DNA of 64,000 nucleotides from Spirulina sp. Lineage in GTDB: Bacteria; Cyanobacteriota; Cyanobacteriia; Phormidesmidales; Phormidesmidaceae. The stretch is from NCBI GenBank assembly GCA_044070495.1, contig JBIPSI010000012.1, positions 32,001-96,000 on the forward strand, written 5' to 3'. Of the stretch, positions 1-10,495 are shown piece by piece. A program made the translations under genes and the position numbers. Position 1 is the first letter of the stretch. The number at the start of each line of letters is the position of its first letter. The notes under the pieces are model-generated. The model did no database searches, had not been told where the DNA came from, and saw nothing but the letters and a program-made list of their open reading frames with translations.

Positions 1-674
1 ACCGGGTAGCTATTGGCGGGGCTGGCGGGGGCGGTGTAAGACAACTGCTGGCCAAATTCCACATTGCCGGAGGTGGGCTGGCTCATCGGGGGCGGCTGAA
101 CGCTGGGCATGGGTAGGGTGGATGCACCCCCACCAGGAGGAATCACCGTGACACCAGGCAGCGGCGGCAGGGAACCTGAAGTGGCATAGACATTATTCGG
201 CATCGTCGGCGTTTGGGCAAAGACGGGCTGGGCCGCCGGAGCTGCGCTCATCTGGGCTGAAACGCCGCGACTGGCTAGGTCGTTGACCCGCATTTGGGCA
301 TTGGCCGAGTGGTTGAAGCGCCCCGCCTGGATCACGGGTTGCCCTTGGAAGGTCGTCCGAAAAGCGGTGGGTTCCACCATTTGCACCTGGCGCAGGGTGG
401 CCTCGCTGGTGTCGTTCACAAACACCACAAACTGCTGGCCACTAGCCGGAGTCTGGGGCATGGGGCTGCTGGGCACGGGCACCACCCCAGCGGGGAGCGG
501 CGGCACAATATCGTAGCCCTGGCCCTGGGCCGATCCCTGACCCATCACCGAGGCCAGCGTTAAGGCCGACAGAATTCCCAACCCAGCTCGATGGGTCTGG
601 GGGGACATCAATGCTTTCCGGGCTTTCTGGCCAAACCGACTCAACCCTTCACCTAACCGGGAGTAACGCTGCAT
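1..674 (-). CDS. Secreted Pro/Gln-rich hypothetical protein, possibly SPOR-like; runs off the left window edge
   Basis: Manual translation of an open minus-strand frame from ATG 674 (or 608): hydrophobic LGILSALTLASVMG, then QQFVVFVNDTSEATLRQVQMVEPTAFRTTFQGQPVIQAGRF; no stop seen before position 1. Confidence 0.55.
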   Translation of the reverse strand, partial: MQRYSRLGEGLSRFGQKARKALMSPQTHRAGLGILSALTLASVMGQGSAQGQGYDIVPPLPAGVVPVPSSPMPQTPASGQQFVVFVNDTSEATLRQVQMVEPTAFRTTFQGQPVIQAGRFNHSANAQMRVNDLASRGVSAQMSAAPAAQPVFAQTPTMPNNVYATSGSLPPLPGVTVIPPGGGASTLPMPSVQPPPMSQPTSGNVEFGQQLSYTAPASPANSYP

Positions 675-879
675 AGGGATCACCACTCCTACCCATCACA
701 AAAACTGAGCCATCACAAAAACTTGAATCGAGAAATGGTTACCTACCATTTCTGACCTTCGTCAAGTGGATGTTAGCGCAGATTTTTAAAAGCGAATCAT
801 TAAAAGGTGAGGTGGGCTGGGGGCGCTTACAGGTATGGTTAGAAACGGCATGGGTTGGTTGACTAGCAAAAACGGATGG

Positions 880-970
880 CCCTCACCCCCAACCCCTCTC
901 CCAAAGGGAGAGGGGAGCCGAGTCCAGCTTTCCAGTTCCCTCTCTCCGTGGGAGAGGGCTAGGGTGAGGG
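880..970. repeat. CCCTCACCC...GGGTGAGGG double-hairpin repeat (related copies near 29810-29848, 31271-31360, 38969-39233)
   Basis: ccctcacccccaacccctctcccaaagggagagggg ... ccctctctccgtgggagagggctagggtgaggg; terminal inverted repeat with two internal hairpins. Confidence 0.8.
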
Positions 971-1048
971 CTTGCAAGGATCTGGCTAGTAAGTTTTGTC
1001 AGCCAATCAGTTGCATGGGTTAGCAAAAGGGTAAAAGGTAAACAGGCC

Positions 1049-2056
1049 ATGACGGAAGCCACCTGGGAACGGCGACATGTGTTGTCTTTGGCAGATTTTA
1101 CGGCGGCGGAATTGGAAACCGTGACCCAAACCGCTGTTAGCTTTCGGGATGTGCTGTCGCGCCGCACCCGCAAGGTGCCCGCCCTGCAAGGGTTGGTGGT
1201 AACCAATATGTTTTTTGAACCCTCCACCCGCACCCGCAGCAGCTTTGAACTAGCGGCCAAACGGCTGTCGGCGGATGTGCTGAACTTTGCCCCCGGCACC
1301 TCCTCCCTCACCAAGGGCGAAACCATTTTAGATACGGCCAAAACCTACCTGGCCATGGGCACCAACCTAATGGTGATTCGCCACCAGGATGCCGGAGTGC
1401 CCCAGACCATTGCCGACGAAATGGATCGCCTCCAAAGCGGTGTGGGGGTGCTCAACGGCGGCGATGGTCTCCATGCCCATCCCTCCCAGGCGCTCTTAGA
1501 TTTGTTCACCCTGGCCCTGGCCCTCAACCCCGACCAACCCACCAGCCAAGCCCTAGCCGGACTCAAAATTGCCATCGTGGGCGACATTCTGCACTCCAGG
1601 GTGGCCCGGTCTAACCTCTGGGCACTCACCGCCTGCGGGGCTGAAGTCCACCTCGCTGCCCCGCCCACCCTGCTGCCACCGGGCTTTGCCGAAGCCTTCG
1701 TCAAGCAGTCGCCCCTCTCCATCCAGCGCCAGGTGGTGCAGCACAGTCGCCTCGCCCCTGCCCTAGAGAATGCTGATTTTGTCATGACCCTGCGCCTGCA
1801 AAAGGAGCGCATGACCCAACACCGCCTACCCAGCCTGCGCGAATACCACGACGGCTTTGGTCTTACCCGCGACCGTTTACAAGTCTGCAAACCTACCGTC
1901 AAACTGCTGCACCCCGGCCCCACCAATCGCGGCGTCGAAATTAGCTCGGACTTAATGGACGACCCTGCCCTGAGCTTGATTAGCGAACAAGTCACCAACG
2001 GCGTGGCGGTACGCATGGCCCTGCTGTATTTGATGGGCGTCGGGAAAGGGGAGTAG
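1049..2056 (+). CDS. pyrB: Aspartate carbamoyltransferase catalytic subunit
   Basis: [37 protein letters not shown] motifs. Confidence 0.97.
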   Translation: MTEATWERRHVLSLADFTAAELETVTQTAVSFRDVLSRRTRKVPALQGLVVTNMFFEPSTRTRSSFELAAKRLSADVLNFAPGTSSLTKGETILDTAKTYLAMGTNLMVIRHQDAGVPQTIADEMDRLQSGVGVLNGGDGLHAHPSQALLDLFTLALALNPDQPTSQALAGLKIAIVGDILHSRVARSNLWALTACGAEVHLAAPPTLLPPGFAEAFVKQSPLSIQRQVVQHSRLAPALENADFVMTLRLQKERMTQHRLPSLREYHDGFGLTRDRLQVCKPTVKLLHPGPTNRGVEISSDLMDDPALSLISEQVTNGVAVRMALLYLMGVGKGE

Positions 2057-2095
2057 GGAGTGGAGAGTGGGGATAGGCTAGAAAAATTGTATTGC

Positions 2096-2243
2096 TATGG
2101 CGGTTCTCGATGGGGTGAGATACCTCATTTCTGGGTTCTAGATCCCCCCAGTGCCTAGTAGTCTGAGTGTCCTTCTGTACCCCCCTTGCTAAGGGGGGCA
2201 GGGGGATCATCATAATGCATTTCACCCAAGTGCAATCTGCTAT
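2096..2243 (-). mobile_element. About 145-bp MITE-like element (copies at 5817-5961 and, partial, 54779-54874)
   Basis: The reverse complement aligns along its length with 5817-5961: ttgggtgaa...gatgatccccctgccccc...aaggggggta...ctggggga...gagaaccgc. Confidence 0.65.
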
Positions 2244-2257
2244 CGTTTGCCCTGACG

Positions 2258-3742
2258 CTAAATCCAAGTGGGAAGCCACCAACGGCGTTGTAGGGCATCG
2301 GGCGAGATAGGCCAGCCGACAAAAAGCGGCAACCAAAACAAGAAGCCCAGGACAATCAACCCCAGCATCGCCCAGGCCATTACCCGATGGGAACGGCGAC
2401 GATGCCCCAGCCAACCCGACATTAACCAGGCCAAGGCCAGGGCACTAAAGGCCACCATCCCTAGGGCGTGGTAAAGGAAGGTGCAGCGGCTCACCAACAA
2501 CCACGGCAACCACTGAGCCAAGTAGTTCAGAACCAGGAAGGACTCGACGGCAAAGGACGACTCACGGGTGGTTCCACCGAACGAAGCATCCCCTGAACTG
2601 GAGTCTCCTGAATCCGCATGGGCCGTCGATTCTAGGGAAGATTCCAGGGACATCTGGGGTTTCGGCTGAGCCATAATCCACCACTGCCGCCGACCGCTGA
2701 ACCAACTCAGCCCAAGTACCAGCATCGCCGCTGTGGACAGCCACCAGAGCATCGGGTTTCCCATGGCTTGAATCGCTACCACCTTTCCAGGAGCATCGGT
2801 CAAAATTTGGTACAAGTAGGCCACAGGACGCAGCATCAGCGGCCAGGTAAACCAAGGCGAACAGTAGGGATGGGAAGCACCACCCGCGCCAATGGTTTGG
2901 TGAACCTGCCAAAGCTGTTGATGAATGCCCCAAAAGGTTTCCCCAGTCATCGCCAGGTGGGTCCACCAGAGTAGGCCGTAGGTCATCAAGGGAATTAACC
3001 CCAAATACAACCACCAACGCCGCTTCCCAACCCACCACCTTGTAGGGGCGCGGTTTCCTCGCCCACCCACCCCAGCGGTCAGCAAGCAAAATTGAGGACG
3101 AACGACCTCCCACAGCAGCAAGCCCAACCAAAACGCCGCTCCATTCCACTTGACATTGATGGCCGCTCCCAGGGCGATCCCAGCCGCAATCCGCCAGCGG
3201 TAGGGATGCGCCCTCAAGGGAGCCATCACCCAAAAAACTTGCCCCAACAGCCCAAACCACAGCCAGTAGAGGTTAATTAAGGCCAGCCGCGATTCCACCA
3301 GAGTCAGCCCTTCCAGAACCATCAACGCAGCGGCCACCAGGCCAAAGCGAATCCGGCGAGGGTGGGCATAACCCCGGCTGAGGCCGTAGGCCAAGGCCGC
3401 AACCAGTGCGGGTAGGGTGGCCCCCACCAGGGCGTTGATCAGCCGACCGCTCAGCAAGCTAATTGTCTGACCCTCCACCATCAGCGGGGGCCAATGGAAC
3501 CAAGCCGCACCCCATTGCCCCAACCAAAGTCCAAGGGCAATCAGGTATTTGCCTAGGGGCGGGTGGGCATCGAATTGGGGCGATTGGTTGAGGTAGCCCA
3601 GGGCAAAGGGGATGTAGTAAACCTCGTCGAAAACAAGCTGGTTAAACCGTCCTAACCCCCACAGCCGAAGCCCTAGGGCCAAGATACTCAGGCCAATCAG
3701 CCCTAGCCAAAGCGAGATTCTGGAAGCAGTCTTGGGGATCAC
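2258..3742 (-). CDS. Phospholipid-carrier-dependent protein O-mannosyltransferase (GT39/PMT family)
   Basis: LVFDEVYY, DAHPPLGKY, VKWNG, HPYCSPWFTWPLMLRP, FLYH; many TM helices. GTG 3742 preferred because the track start (3904) overlaps the divergent TPR gene. Confidence 0.85.
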   Translation of the reverse strand: MIPKTASRISLWLGLIGLSILALGLRLWGLGRFNQLVFDEVYYIPFALGYLNQSPQFDAHPPLGKYLIALGLWLGQWGAAWFHWPPLMVEGQTISLLSGRLINALVGATLPALVAALAYGLSRGYAHPRRIRFGLVAAALMVLEGLTLVESRLALINLYWLWFGLLGQVFWVMAPLRAHPYRWRIAAGIALGAAINVKWNGAAFWLGLLLWEVVRPQFCLLTAGVGGRGNRAPTRWWVGKRRWWLYLGLIPLMTYGLLWWTHLAMTGETFWGIHQQLWQVHQTIGAGGASHPYCSPWFTWPLMLRPVAYLYQILTDAPGKVVAIQAMGNPMLWWLSTAAMLVLGLSWFSGRRQWWIMAQPKPQMSLESSLESTAHADSGDSSSGDASFGGTTRESSFAVESFLVLNYLAQWLPWLLVSRCTFLYHALGMVAFSALALAWLMSGWLGHRRRSHRVMAWAMLGLIVLGFLFWLPLFVGWPISPDALQRRWWLPTWI

Positions 3743-3789
3743 AAACCTAGGGTGGGTGGCGGAACGGGTATTATTAAGAATTGCGACAC

Positions 3790-4995
3790 ATGATCGATGC
3801 GTACGATCAAGGAGAACAGCCTGTGAAACGGAGCCACGTTTTTGCCGGGGTGATGGTAAGTTTAGTGGGGAGCATGGGGGCTTCGGGGGCGTTTGCCGCC
3901 GCACCGGATCTCACCACAACTCGGCCCTCCCTAACCGCCTGGGCCGCACAGGAATCGCGCCTAATCGCCCAAAATTCCTCCAGTAACCTTAGCGCAGCCC
4001 AGCAGGAGCAACTCGATGAACTCCTGCGCCAAGGCCAAGCTAGGGTTGCCGCCAACGATCCGGCGGGGGCCATTGCCGCCTACCAGCAGGCCGCCCAGAT
4101 CGATCCCCAAAACGCCCGTATTTTCTCCGGCATAGGCTATCTGCACATTCAGCAGGGCAATTATACCGAGGCCGTCACTGCCTACCGTCGCGCCGTGGCC
4201 CTGGATCGGGGCAATCTGGCCTTCCGCTACGGCCTCGCCCACAGCCTGTTCCACAGCGACCAACCCACGGAAGCCCTCGCCACCTACCGCGAGATCCTCG
4301 CCAGCCACCCCCGCGAGGCCAATGCTTACCTGGGTATCGGCAGCATCCAGCTTCAGCAAGGGGATAACGATGCCGCCCTAGCCACCTACCAAGAACTGGT
4401 GCGCCTCGCCCCCGGCAATGCCCAAGCCTACGAAGCCCTGGGCAACCTCTACATTCAGCAGGAAGACTATGACCAAGCGTTGACCTACCTAAACCGAGGC
4501 GTTCGGGCCAGCAGCAGCAATAAAGATAGCCTTTATGTCAGTATCGCCAGCCTTTACCTGTTGCAGGAGAACTTCCCCGCCGCTCGCTCGGCAGCGACCC
4601 AGGCCCTAGCGCTGAATAGCACCAATGCCCAGGCCCAGAACCAGATGGGCTACATTCTCTACCAAGAGGGCGACCGCGAATCGGCCTTTGAGCACCTGGT
4701 ACGGGCGGTACGGCTTAATCCCGACCTGATCGCCGCCCATGCCCTGCTGGGGGAACTGCTGCTAGAACGCGAGCAATTTTTGCAGGCGGTGTTGTCCTAC
4801 CGCCGTGTAGTGGATGCCCGTCCCGATGATCCGGCGGCCTTCTACAACCTGGGGCTAGCCCTGTGGGGCCAAGGGCTTCAGGCCCAGGCGGTATCTAACG
4901 TGGAACTGGCCCGCTATATGTACGAACGTCAGGGCAACACCGAAGGGGCCGAACGCGCCGTGGCCCTGATAAATTTCTGGGGCATTGAACGCTAA
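3790..4995 (+). CDS. Secreted tetratricopeptide-repeat protein
   Basis: Signal-like FAGVMVSLVGSMGASGAFA followed by many TPR units (AIAAYQQAAQIDP, AVTAYRRAVALD, AFYNLGLAL). Start is uncertain (3781/3790/3823). Confidence 0.85.
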   Translation: MIDAYDQGEQPVKRSHVFAGVMVSLVGSMGASGAFAAAPDLTTTRPSLTAWAAQESRLIAQNSSSNLSAAQQEQLDELLRQGQARVAANDPAGAIAAYQQAAQIDPQNARIFSGIGYLHIQQGNYTEAVTAYRRAVALDRGNLAFRYGLAHSLFHSDQPTEALATYREILASHPREANAYLGIGSIQLQQGDNDAALATYQELVRLAPGNAQAYEALGNLYIQQEDYDQALTYLNRGVRASSSNKDSLYVSIASLYLLQENFPAARSAATQALALNSTNAQAQNQMGYILYQEGDRESAFEHLVRAVRLNPDLIAAHALLGELLLEREQFLQAVLSYRRVVDARPDDPAAFYNLGLALWGQGLQAQAVSNVELARYMYERQGNTEGAERAVALINFWGIER

Positions 4996-5009
4996 GCCCC
5001 CCACAAAAA

Positions 5010-5039
5010 TAGCCCCCTGGCTGACGGACCTGGGGGCTA
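5010..5039. terminator. Possible bidirectional terminator hairpin between the convergent TPR gene and rpsD
   Basis: tagccccc...gggggcta stem preceded by an A-run, which reads as a U-tract on the rpsD strand. Confidence 0.5.
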
Positions 5040-5125
5040 GAGCAAATTAAGAGTAAGGCGTTATGGGCGGTAAGTGATAGAAACTATCAGCCAGCAGCCA
5101 GAACCATTCCGTAAGCCAGCAGCCA

Positions 5126-5734
5126 TTAGGCTTTACGGGAGTAGTATTCAACCACCAGCAGTTCATTGATGTTGAGGGCGACCCATTCGCGCTCAATCAC
5201 GCCATTGACCTTGGCGGTTAGTTTTGCCTTGTCGAGTTCTAGGTGGTTAGGAACGTTAGCCAAACCAGGAAATTCTAGGTTGGCTTCCACCAGCTTCTTG
5301 GAGGCGTCACGGTCACGCACGGTAATCACATCGCCAGGGCGGCATTGGTAGCTGGGAATGCTGACCACGCGGCCATTGACGCAGATGTGGCCATGGTTGA
5401 CAATTTGCCGAGCCGCCGGAATGGTTGGCCCAAAACCTAGGCGAAAAATGGTGTTATCCAACCGCATTTCCAGCAGTTGCAGGATGACGAGTCCGGTAGA
5501 TCCTCCGGCCCGACGAGCCTTTTTCACGTAGCGAAGCAGTTGCTTTTCGGTCAAACCGTAGTTAAACCGCAGCTTTTGCTTTTCCTCTAGACGAATCCCA
5601 TACTCAGACTTTTTCTTGCGGTCTTGGCCATGTTGCCCAGGGGGGTTAGCCTTGCGGGGAGTTTTGCGGGACAGACCCGGTAACTCACCCAACCGCCGAA
5701 CTACCCGTAGACGGGCACCGCGATATCGCGCCAT
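5126..5734 (-). CDS. rpsD: 30S ribosomal protein S4
   Basis: [45 protein letters not shown]. Confidence 0.99.
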   Translation of the reverse strand: MARYRGARLRVVRRLGELPGLSRKTPRKANPPGQHGQDRKKKSEYGIRLEEKQKLRFNYGLTEKQLLRYVKKARRAGGSTGLVILQLLEMRLDNTIFRLGFGPTIPAARQIVNHGHICVNGRVVSIPSYQCRPGDVITVRDRDASKKLVEANLEFPGLANVPNHLELDKAKLTAKVNGVIEREWVALNINELLVVEYYSRKA

Positions 5735-5816
5735 AAACGTTTACTCTCCGAAAAATTCAGACTTGGAAGAATTCCAAAGCTATCATTCTAACCCGCTGAA
5801 TCCCCCGAAGCAAGTT

Positions 5817-5961
5817 TATAGCGAATTTCATTTGGGTGAAGTCCCTTGCGATGATCCCCCCTGCCCCCTTACGAAGGGGGGTATAGCGTGAACCTGAGAC
5901 CGCTGGGTACTGGGGGAATCGCATCCAGCAACGGTGCCTCTCACGCTATTGAGAACCGCAT
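5817..5961 (+). mobile_element. About 145-bp MITE-like element, homologue of 2096-2243
   Basis: TATAGC start, central GATCCCCC...GGGGGG hairpin, GAGAACCGC end. Confidence 0.65.
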
Positions 5962-6025
5962 CCCCAAAGGACGGTACCCCTGGTTTCCCGAACGACCTAG
6001 GTCGATTCAAAGGGATGGGGATGGC

Positions 6026-7519
6026 CTATTGCCCGATCAGGGGGCCGAGATCCAGGCATTGCCCCACGGCCTCGGTGAGGGTGTTGAGGACGGCTTCGCG
6101 CTGCTCTCGGTAGTTGGGAATGCCCGTGGGCAGGGCGGCGAGTCCGCGCTGTTGGCGCAGTCGGTTTAGCCATGCGCGTCGCCAGGGGCCATTGTCGAAG
6201 ATGCCGTGCAGGTAGGTGCCCCAGAGGGACTGGGTGCTGTCTACCACCCCTAGGCTGCGGTCTTCAAAAAGAAATTCAAACTCGTAGCCCGTCTGGGTCT
6301 TGGCCTCGGATAGGCTGAGTTGGGTGCGGCCTTGGTGCAGTTCGTAGCCAGAAACGGGCAAGCCTTCCTGGGGAAAGCGGGAGGTGACCGTGCGCTGGCG
6401 GGCAATGGTTTGCGGGGTAATCACCGTGCGCATGGGCACTAGGTTCAGGGCGGGGAAGCGGCCTTCGTGGCCTTCGATGCCCTCTGGATCGGCCATGAAC
6501 TGGCCCATCATTTGAAACCCGCCACAAATGCCCATCACCGTGCCCCCCGCCGCCACATAGTTACGCAGGGCCTCGGCCATGCCTGTGTGCTGTAGCGCCA
6601 GCAAGTCGGCAATGGTGGCCTTGGTGCCGGGGATGATGACAGCATCGGGATAGCCCAGGGCTTCCTTGGGGTTGAGGTAGACCACCCGCACCGAGGGTTC
6701 GGCCTCTAGGGGGTCAAAATCGGTGAAGTTAGCAATGCGGGGCAGACGCACCACGGCAATGGTGAGTTCGGCCTGCTTTTTGCGATTGGGTAACCGCCCC
6801 AACAAACTCAGGGAATCTTCGGCGGGCAGGATGTCGGCCAGCCAGGGCACCACCCCCAGCACCGGAAGTCCCGTGCGTTGGGTTAACCAGGCCAGGGAGG
6901 GTTCGAGGGTTTCTCGCTGGCCGCGAAATTTGTTGAGGACAATCCCCTTCACCAAGGCCCGTTCTTCAGGTTCCATCAGGGCCAGGGTTCCCACAACGTG
7001 GGCAAAGGCTCCCCCCTGATCGATATCCGCCACCAGGATCGTCGGAGCTTTCAGGTGTTTGGCAATCCGCATATTCGCCAAGTCTTGGTGGGCGATGGGC
7101 ACCTCCACCGGGCTTCCCGTTCCCTCGCAGACCAAAAAGTCGTAGTCCTGGCTGAGGACAATTAGGGATTCTTGAATCGCTTGCCAGCCCCGGTCTAGGT
7201 AGTCGTCGTGGTAGCGCTGGAGGGTGGTGCTACCGATGGCCTTACCCTTCAGTACGAGGGTCATCTCCCCATCGCCCTGGGGCTTGAGCAAAATGGGGTT
7301 CATTTCCGCCTGGGGAGGAACTCCCGCCGCCCAGGCCTGCACCGCCTGGGCATAGCCCATCTCTCCCCCGGTGGCAGTCACATAGATATTAAGGGCGGTG
7401 TTCTGCCCCTTGAAGGGAGCCACCCGCCAGCCCCGCCGGTTTAGCAATCGACAGAGCGCCGTTGCAATGAGCGACTTACCTACGTGGGACGCGGTGCCCA
7501 CCACCATAATTGCTCGCAT
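6026..7519 (-). CDS. cobQ: Cobyric acid synthase
   Basis: MRAIMVVGTASHVGKS, PFKGQN, MNPILLKP, RIANFTDFDPL, GICGGFQM, GTYLHGIFDN. Confidence 0.95.
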   Translation of the reverse strand: MRAIMVVGTASHVGKSLIATALCRLLNRRGWRVAPFKGQNTALNIYVTATGGEMGYAQAVQAWAAGVPPQAEMNPILLKPQGDGEMTLVLKGKAIGSTTLQRYHDDYLDRGWQAIQESLIVLSQDYDFLVCEGTGSPVEVPIAHQDLANMRIAKHLKAPTILVADIDQGGAFAHVVGTLALMEPEERALVKGIVLNKFRGQRETLEPSLAWLTQRTGLPVLGVVPWLADILPAEDSLSLLGRLPNRKKQAELTIAVVRLPRIANFTDFDPLEAEPSVRVVYLNPKEALGYPDAVIIPGTKATIADLLALQHTGMAEALRNYVAAGGTVMGICGGFQMMGQFMADPEGIEGHEGRFPALNLVPMRTVITPQTIARQRTVTSRFPQEGLPVSGYELHQGRTQLSLSEAKTQTGYEFEFLFEDRSLGVVDSTQSLWGTYLHGIFDNGPWRRAWLNRLRQQRGLAALPTGIPNYREQREAVLNTLTEAVGQCLDLGPLIGQ

Positions 7520-7697
7520 GACGCTCCTCCCAAAGTCCAGACTATCGAATGCAACACTAAGCCACCGCCAGGGGCTATTTAAGCCGATTGACAAGCTATC
7601 AAACCCATCTACCGTCAATACCTTCAGCCCTAGCGGGACGATTTCAGGACAGCCCTAGGGGCCGGTTGCCACGCGGCCACCGGTGTCGGGATGGGCG

Positions 7698-8120
7698 CTA
7701 CCCCTGCCACCAACTCGGTGGACGCAGCCAACGATGCCACGCATTGTAAAGCTGATCGCTCCAAGTGGGCCGCAACCGACTCGCAGGCATTTGCTCCAAA
7801 TGCTGACATAGGTGCCGCCCTAGGGGGGTGAGACGAAAGCTATCGGTTAGCCCCTGCCCATCCACCTCCCGACGCAGCAACCCCACGGCAATCAGCCACA
7901 TCAACTCATTCTCAGTCCGCAATTCCGACAGAGATTGACGCACGTAGCCATGCTTCACCCCCTGGGGATGGCAAATCTGGCGCGTCGATACGCTCTGGTG
8001 GCGGAGGGTGGTCAGCAACTCCAGGCGAAAGGGGGAGCACTTAAAGGCTCGCTCGGCCCGTCGCCAGGAGGCCGCAGGATAGCGCTGGGCAAGGTCGGGG
8101 TCAGTCTCAACAAAGGCCAT
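7698..8120 (-). CDS. Conserved cyanobacterial protein (Npun_F0494-like)
   Basis: WLIAVGLLRREVDGQGLTDSFRLTPLGR signature; adjacent to cobQ. Confidence 0.8.
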   Translation of the reverse strand: MAFVETDPDLAQRYPAASWRRAERAFKCSPFRLELLTTLRHQSVSTRQICHPQGVKHGYVRQSLSELRTENELMWLIAVGLLRREVDGQGLTDSFRLTPLGRHLCQHLEQMPASRLRPTWSDQLYNAWHRWLRPPSWWQG

Positions 8121-8377
8121 GGGGGTTCTGTTCGATTAGGGGAAAATATAGGGGAAGACATCAGTGGCCTGGAACCATTCCACCGGGAATCATCAGACCT
8201 GGCTTTATTGTATAGGGCCACCGCATAGGGCCACGCTGGGGCAGGTCGCGATATCCATCTCCGGCATGGGATAGTTCTCCGGCGTGGGATAGGGCGTGGG
8301 ATAGTTATCGAGACCCTAGCCAACCCTAGGCCAGGGGCAACGCCGTTGATGAGGGGGTGTTTTGATGGAGAAAACCC

Positions 8378-9262
8378 ATGCGTGGTGAGCTAGCCGCCCT
8401 AGGGGCCGCGTTTCTGTGGGCGGTGGCCACGGTGTTGTTTGGCCAAGTGGGCAAACAGGTGCCCCCCTTGGTGCTGAATTTTACGAAGGGAATCGTAGCC
8501 ATTGCCCTCGTGGTAGCGACCCTGACCGTACTGCAACGGGCACCCACGGGGCTGGATGGTCGGGCCTGGGGGCTGCTGTTGGCTAGCGGTGGCCTGGGCA
8601 TTGGTGTGGGCGACACCCTCTACTTCACTTCCATCAATCGGCTTGGCCCCCGGCGGGCACTGCTGCTCGAAACCCTGGCCCCACCCCTAGCGGCCCTGCT
8701 AGCCCTGGGGCTGTTGGGGGAGACCCTATCACTGCGAGACTGGGCTGGCCTGGGCCTCACCCTGCTGGGCGTGGTCTGGGTGATTTCCGAGCGTGTACCC
8801 ACGGGCGCGGCCATGGTGCGGCCTCGGTGGCAGGATACGGTCTTTGGAGTGCTGGCGGCCCTGGCCTCGGCGGTGGGGGCAGTGCTGTCGCGGGCGGCCC
8901 TTGCGGATACGACCATTGACCCGCTTTGGGGTACCCTGCTGCGACTGGTAGGAGGGCTAGTCATCCTGCTGGTGATTCTCCGCAGCCAAGGCCCGTTGCC
9001 CACCCCACGGCAAATTCTGCCCAACCGTCGGGTGCTGGGCTGGCTGGTTCTTGCCGCCTTCCTCGGCACCTACCTGGGTATCTATCTGCAACAAACCGCC
9101 TTCAAGTTTGCCCCCACGGGCATTGCCCAATCGCTGCTAGCCACCAGCCCCCTGTTTGTGCTACCCCTTGCCGCTGCCATGGGCGACCGAGTGAGCCTGC
9201 GGGCCGTAGGGGGGGCACTGCTGGCCCTGGTGGGGGTGGGGCTGTTGGTAACCGGGGGATAG
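8378..9262 (+). CDS. DMT/EamA family transporter
   Basis: About 10 TM helices in two repeats; GELAALGAAFLWA, GIGVGDTLYF, ATSPLF. Confidence 0.9.
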   Translation: MRGELAALGAAFLWAVATVLFGQVGKQVPPLVLNFTKGIVAIALVVATLTVLQRAPTGLDGRAWGLLLASGGLGIGVGDTLYFTSINRLGPRRALLLETLAPPLAALLALGLLGETLSLRDWAGLGLTLLGVVWVISERVPTGAAMVRPRWQDTVFGVLAALASAVGAVLSRAALADTTIDPLWGTLLRLVGGLVILLVILRSQGPLPTPRQILPNRRVLGWLVLAAFLGTYLGIYLQQTAFKFAPTGIAQSLLATSPLFVLPLAAAMGDRVSLRAVGGALLALVGVGLLVTGG

Positions 9263-9310
9263 AACCCCTGGACAGCGGGGCACCGGAAACGTAGGCAACT
9301 GGCTGCAACG

Positions 9311-9907
9311 CTAAACCTTCTCGCCGCTGAGGATAAAAATCGGATCCACCGCCGTAAACACCTGGTGATTGCCCTTCACCTCTAGGCGATTCACGGCAGG
9401 TTGAGCCGCCTCAATGTTGCGTACCTGAAGCTGGGCAAAGGTTTCCGACACCACGTAAAGCCCCTCCAGGTTGCCCACCGTGACCACTAAACGCCCCCCG
9501 GAGGGCAAGTACTCCCAGGCCGCATTCAGAAGCGTTTTTAGGGATCGCCCACCCTCCACAAAAATACAGTTTGGGCTGGGGGCCAAACTGGCTAAACAGT
9601 CGGGGGCGCTGCCCTGCACCACTGTCACATTGGTTAACTCAAACCGCTGACAGTTGCGCCGAATTAAATCCGCCACATCCTCGTCGCGCTCTACCGCCAC
9701 CACCTGCCCCTGCCGACACATCAGCGCCGCTTCAATGGCTAGGGTGCCTGTCCCGGCTCCAATATCCCACAACACATCCGTAGGACGCAGCCGCAAATAG
9801 CCCAACAACAATAGGCGCACCTCCCGGCTGCTGAGGGGAATGCCGGGAAGCTGCTCAAACAGCGCGTCAGGGATGCCAGGGGTGGCGTAGGGCCAAAGGG
9901 TAGACAT
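9311..9907 (-). CDS. cbiT: Precorrin-6Y C5,15-methyltransferase (decarboxylating) subunit
   Basis: WPYATPGIPDALF, REVR, LWDIGAGTGT SAM-binding motif. Confidence 0.93.
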   Translation of the reverse strand: MSTLWPYATPGIPDALFEQLPGIPLSSREVRLLLLGYLRLRPTDVLWDIGAGTGTLAIEAALMCRQGQVVAVERDEDVADLIRRNCQRFELTNVTVVQGSAPDCLASLAPSPNCIFVEGGRSLKTLLNAAWEYLPSGGRLVVTVGNLEGLYVVSETFAQLQVRNIEAAQPAVNRLEVKGNHQVFTAVDPIFILSGEKV

Positions 9908-10056
9908 AACAGGGGTCTAAGCGGGGGCTTTCCCATTGTGCCACTGGCGTACCCTAGGCAACGACCCACAACAAACGGCCCGCAACAAAACAGACACCCT
10001 AGATTCGCGTTTGCCCAAGGTGTCTAGTTGGTTAAATAGTCTAAGCTGTCAGTCGT

Positions 10057-10293
10057 TTAACACTTATTCAGGTTCAGACCCACTTCCTTAGCCATGGCGT
10101 CAATGCCCTTGGTTTGTAGGGTCTTGATGGCCTTGGTAGAAATACGCAGCTTCACCCAGCGATTGCCCTGGGGCCACCACACCCGCTTCTCTTGCAGGTT
10201 CGCCTCTTGCGTACGCTTGGTACGACGGTGGGAGTGGGAGATAGCGAAGGCGTTGTTAGCCTTTTTTCCGGTTAGCTGACACTTACGACCCAT
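10057..10293 (-). CDS. rpmB: 50S ribosomal protein L28
   Basis: [34 protein letters not shown]. Confidence 0.98.
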   Translation of the reverse strand: MGRKCQLTGKKANNAFAISHSHRRTKRTQEANLQEKRVWWPQGNRWVKLRISTKAIKTLQTKGIDAMAKEVGLNLNKC

Positions 10294-10495
10294 GGGTATT
10301 CTCCGGCAACGTTCAAACGGCACAATGACACAGTCTCTTATCATAGCAGGCTGAGCGGGGTATCTGGCCAGGAACTTTTAGAGCCGTTGGGGCGGTTGGG
10401 GCGCACGGCGGTGCGCCCGTACGGGGAATCGTGCCAAAGTGGCAGACTGGCTGGGGGCGAGATCCGCAGGGAAAGGGACTCTGCTAGATTAGGGG

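Noticed and set aside
1345..2016. Long antisense ORFs here and over other GC-rich genes
   Set aside because: They are shadow frames of well-supported genes, expected from GC-rich codon bias.
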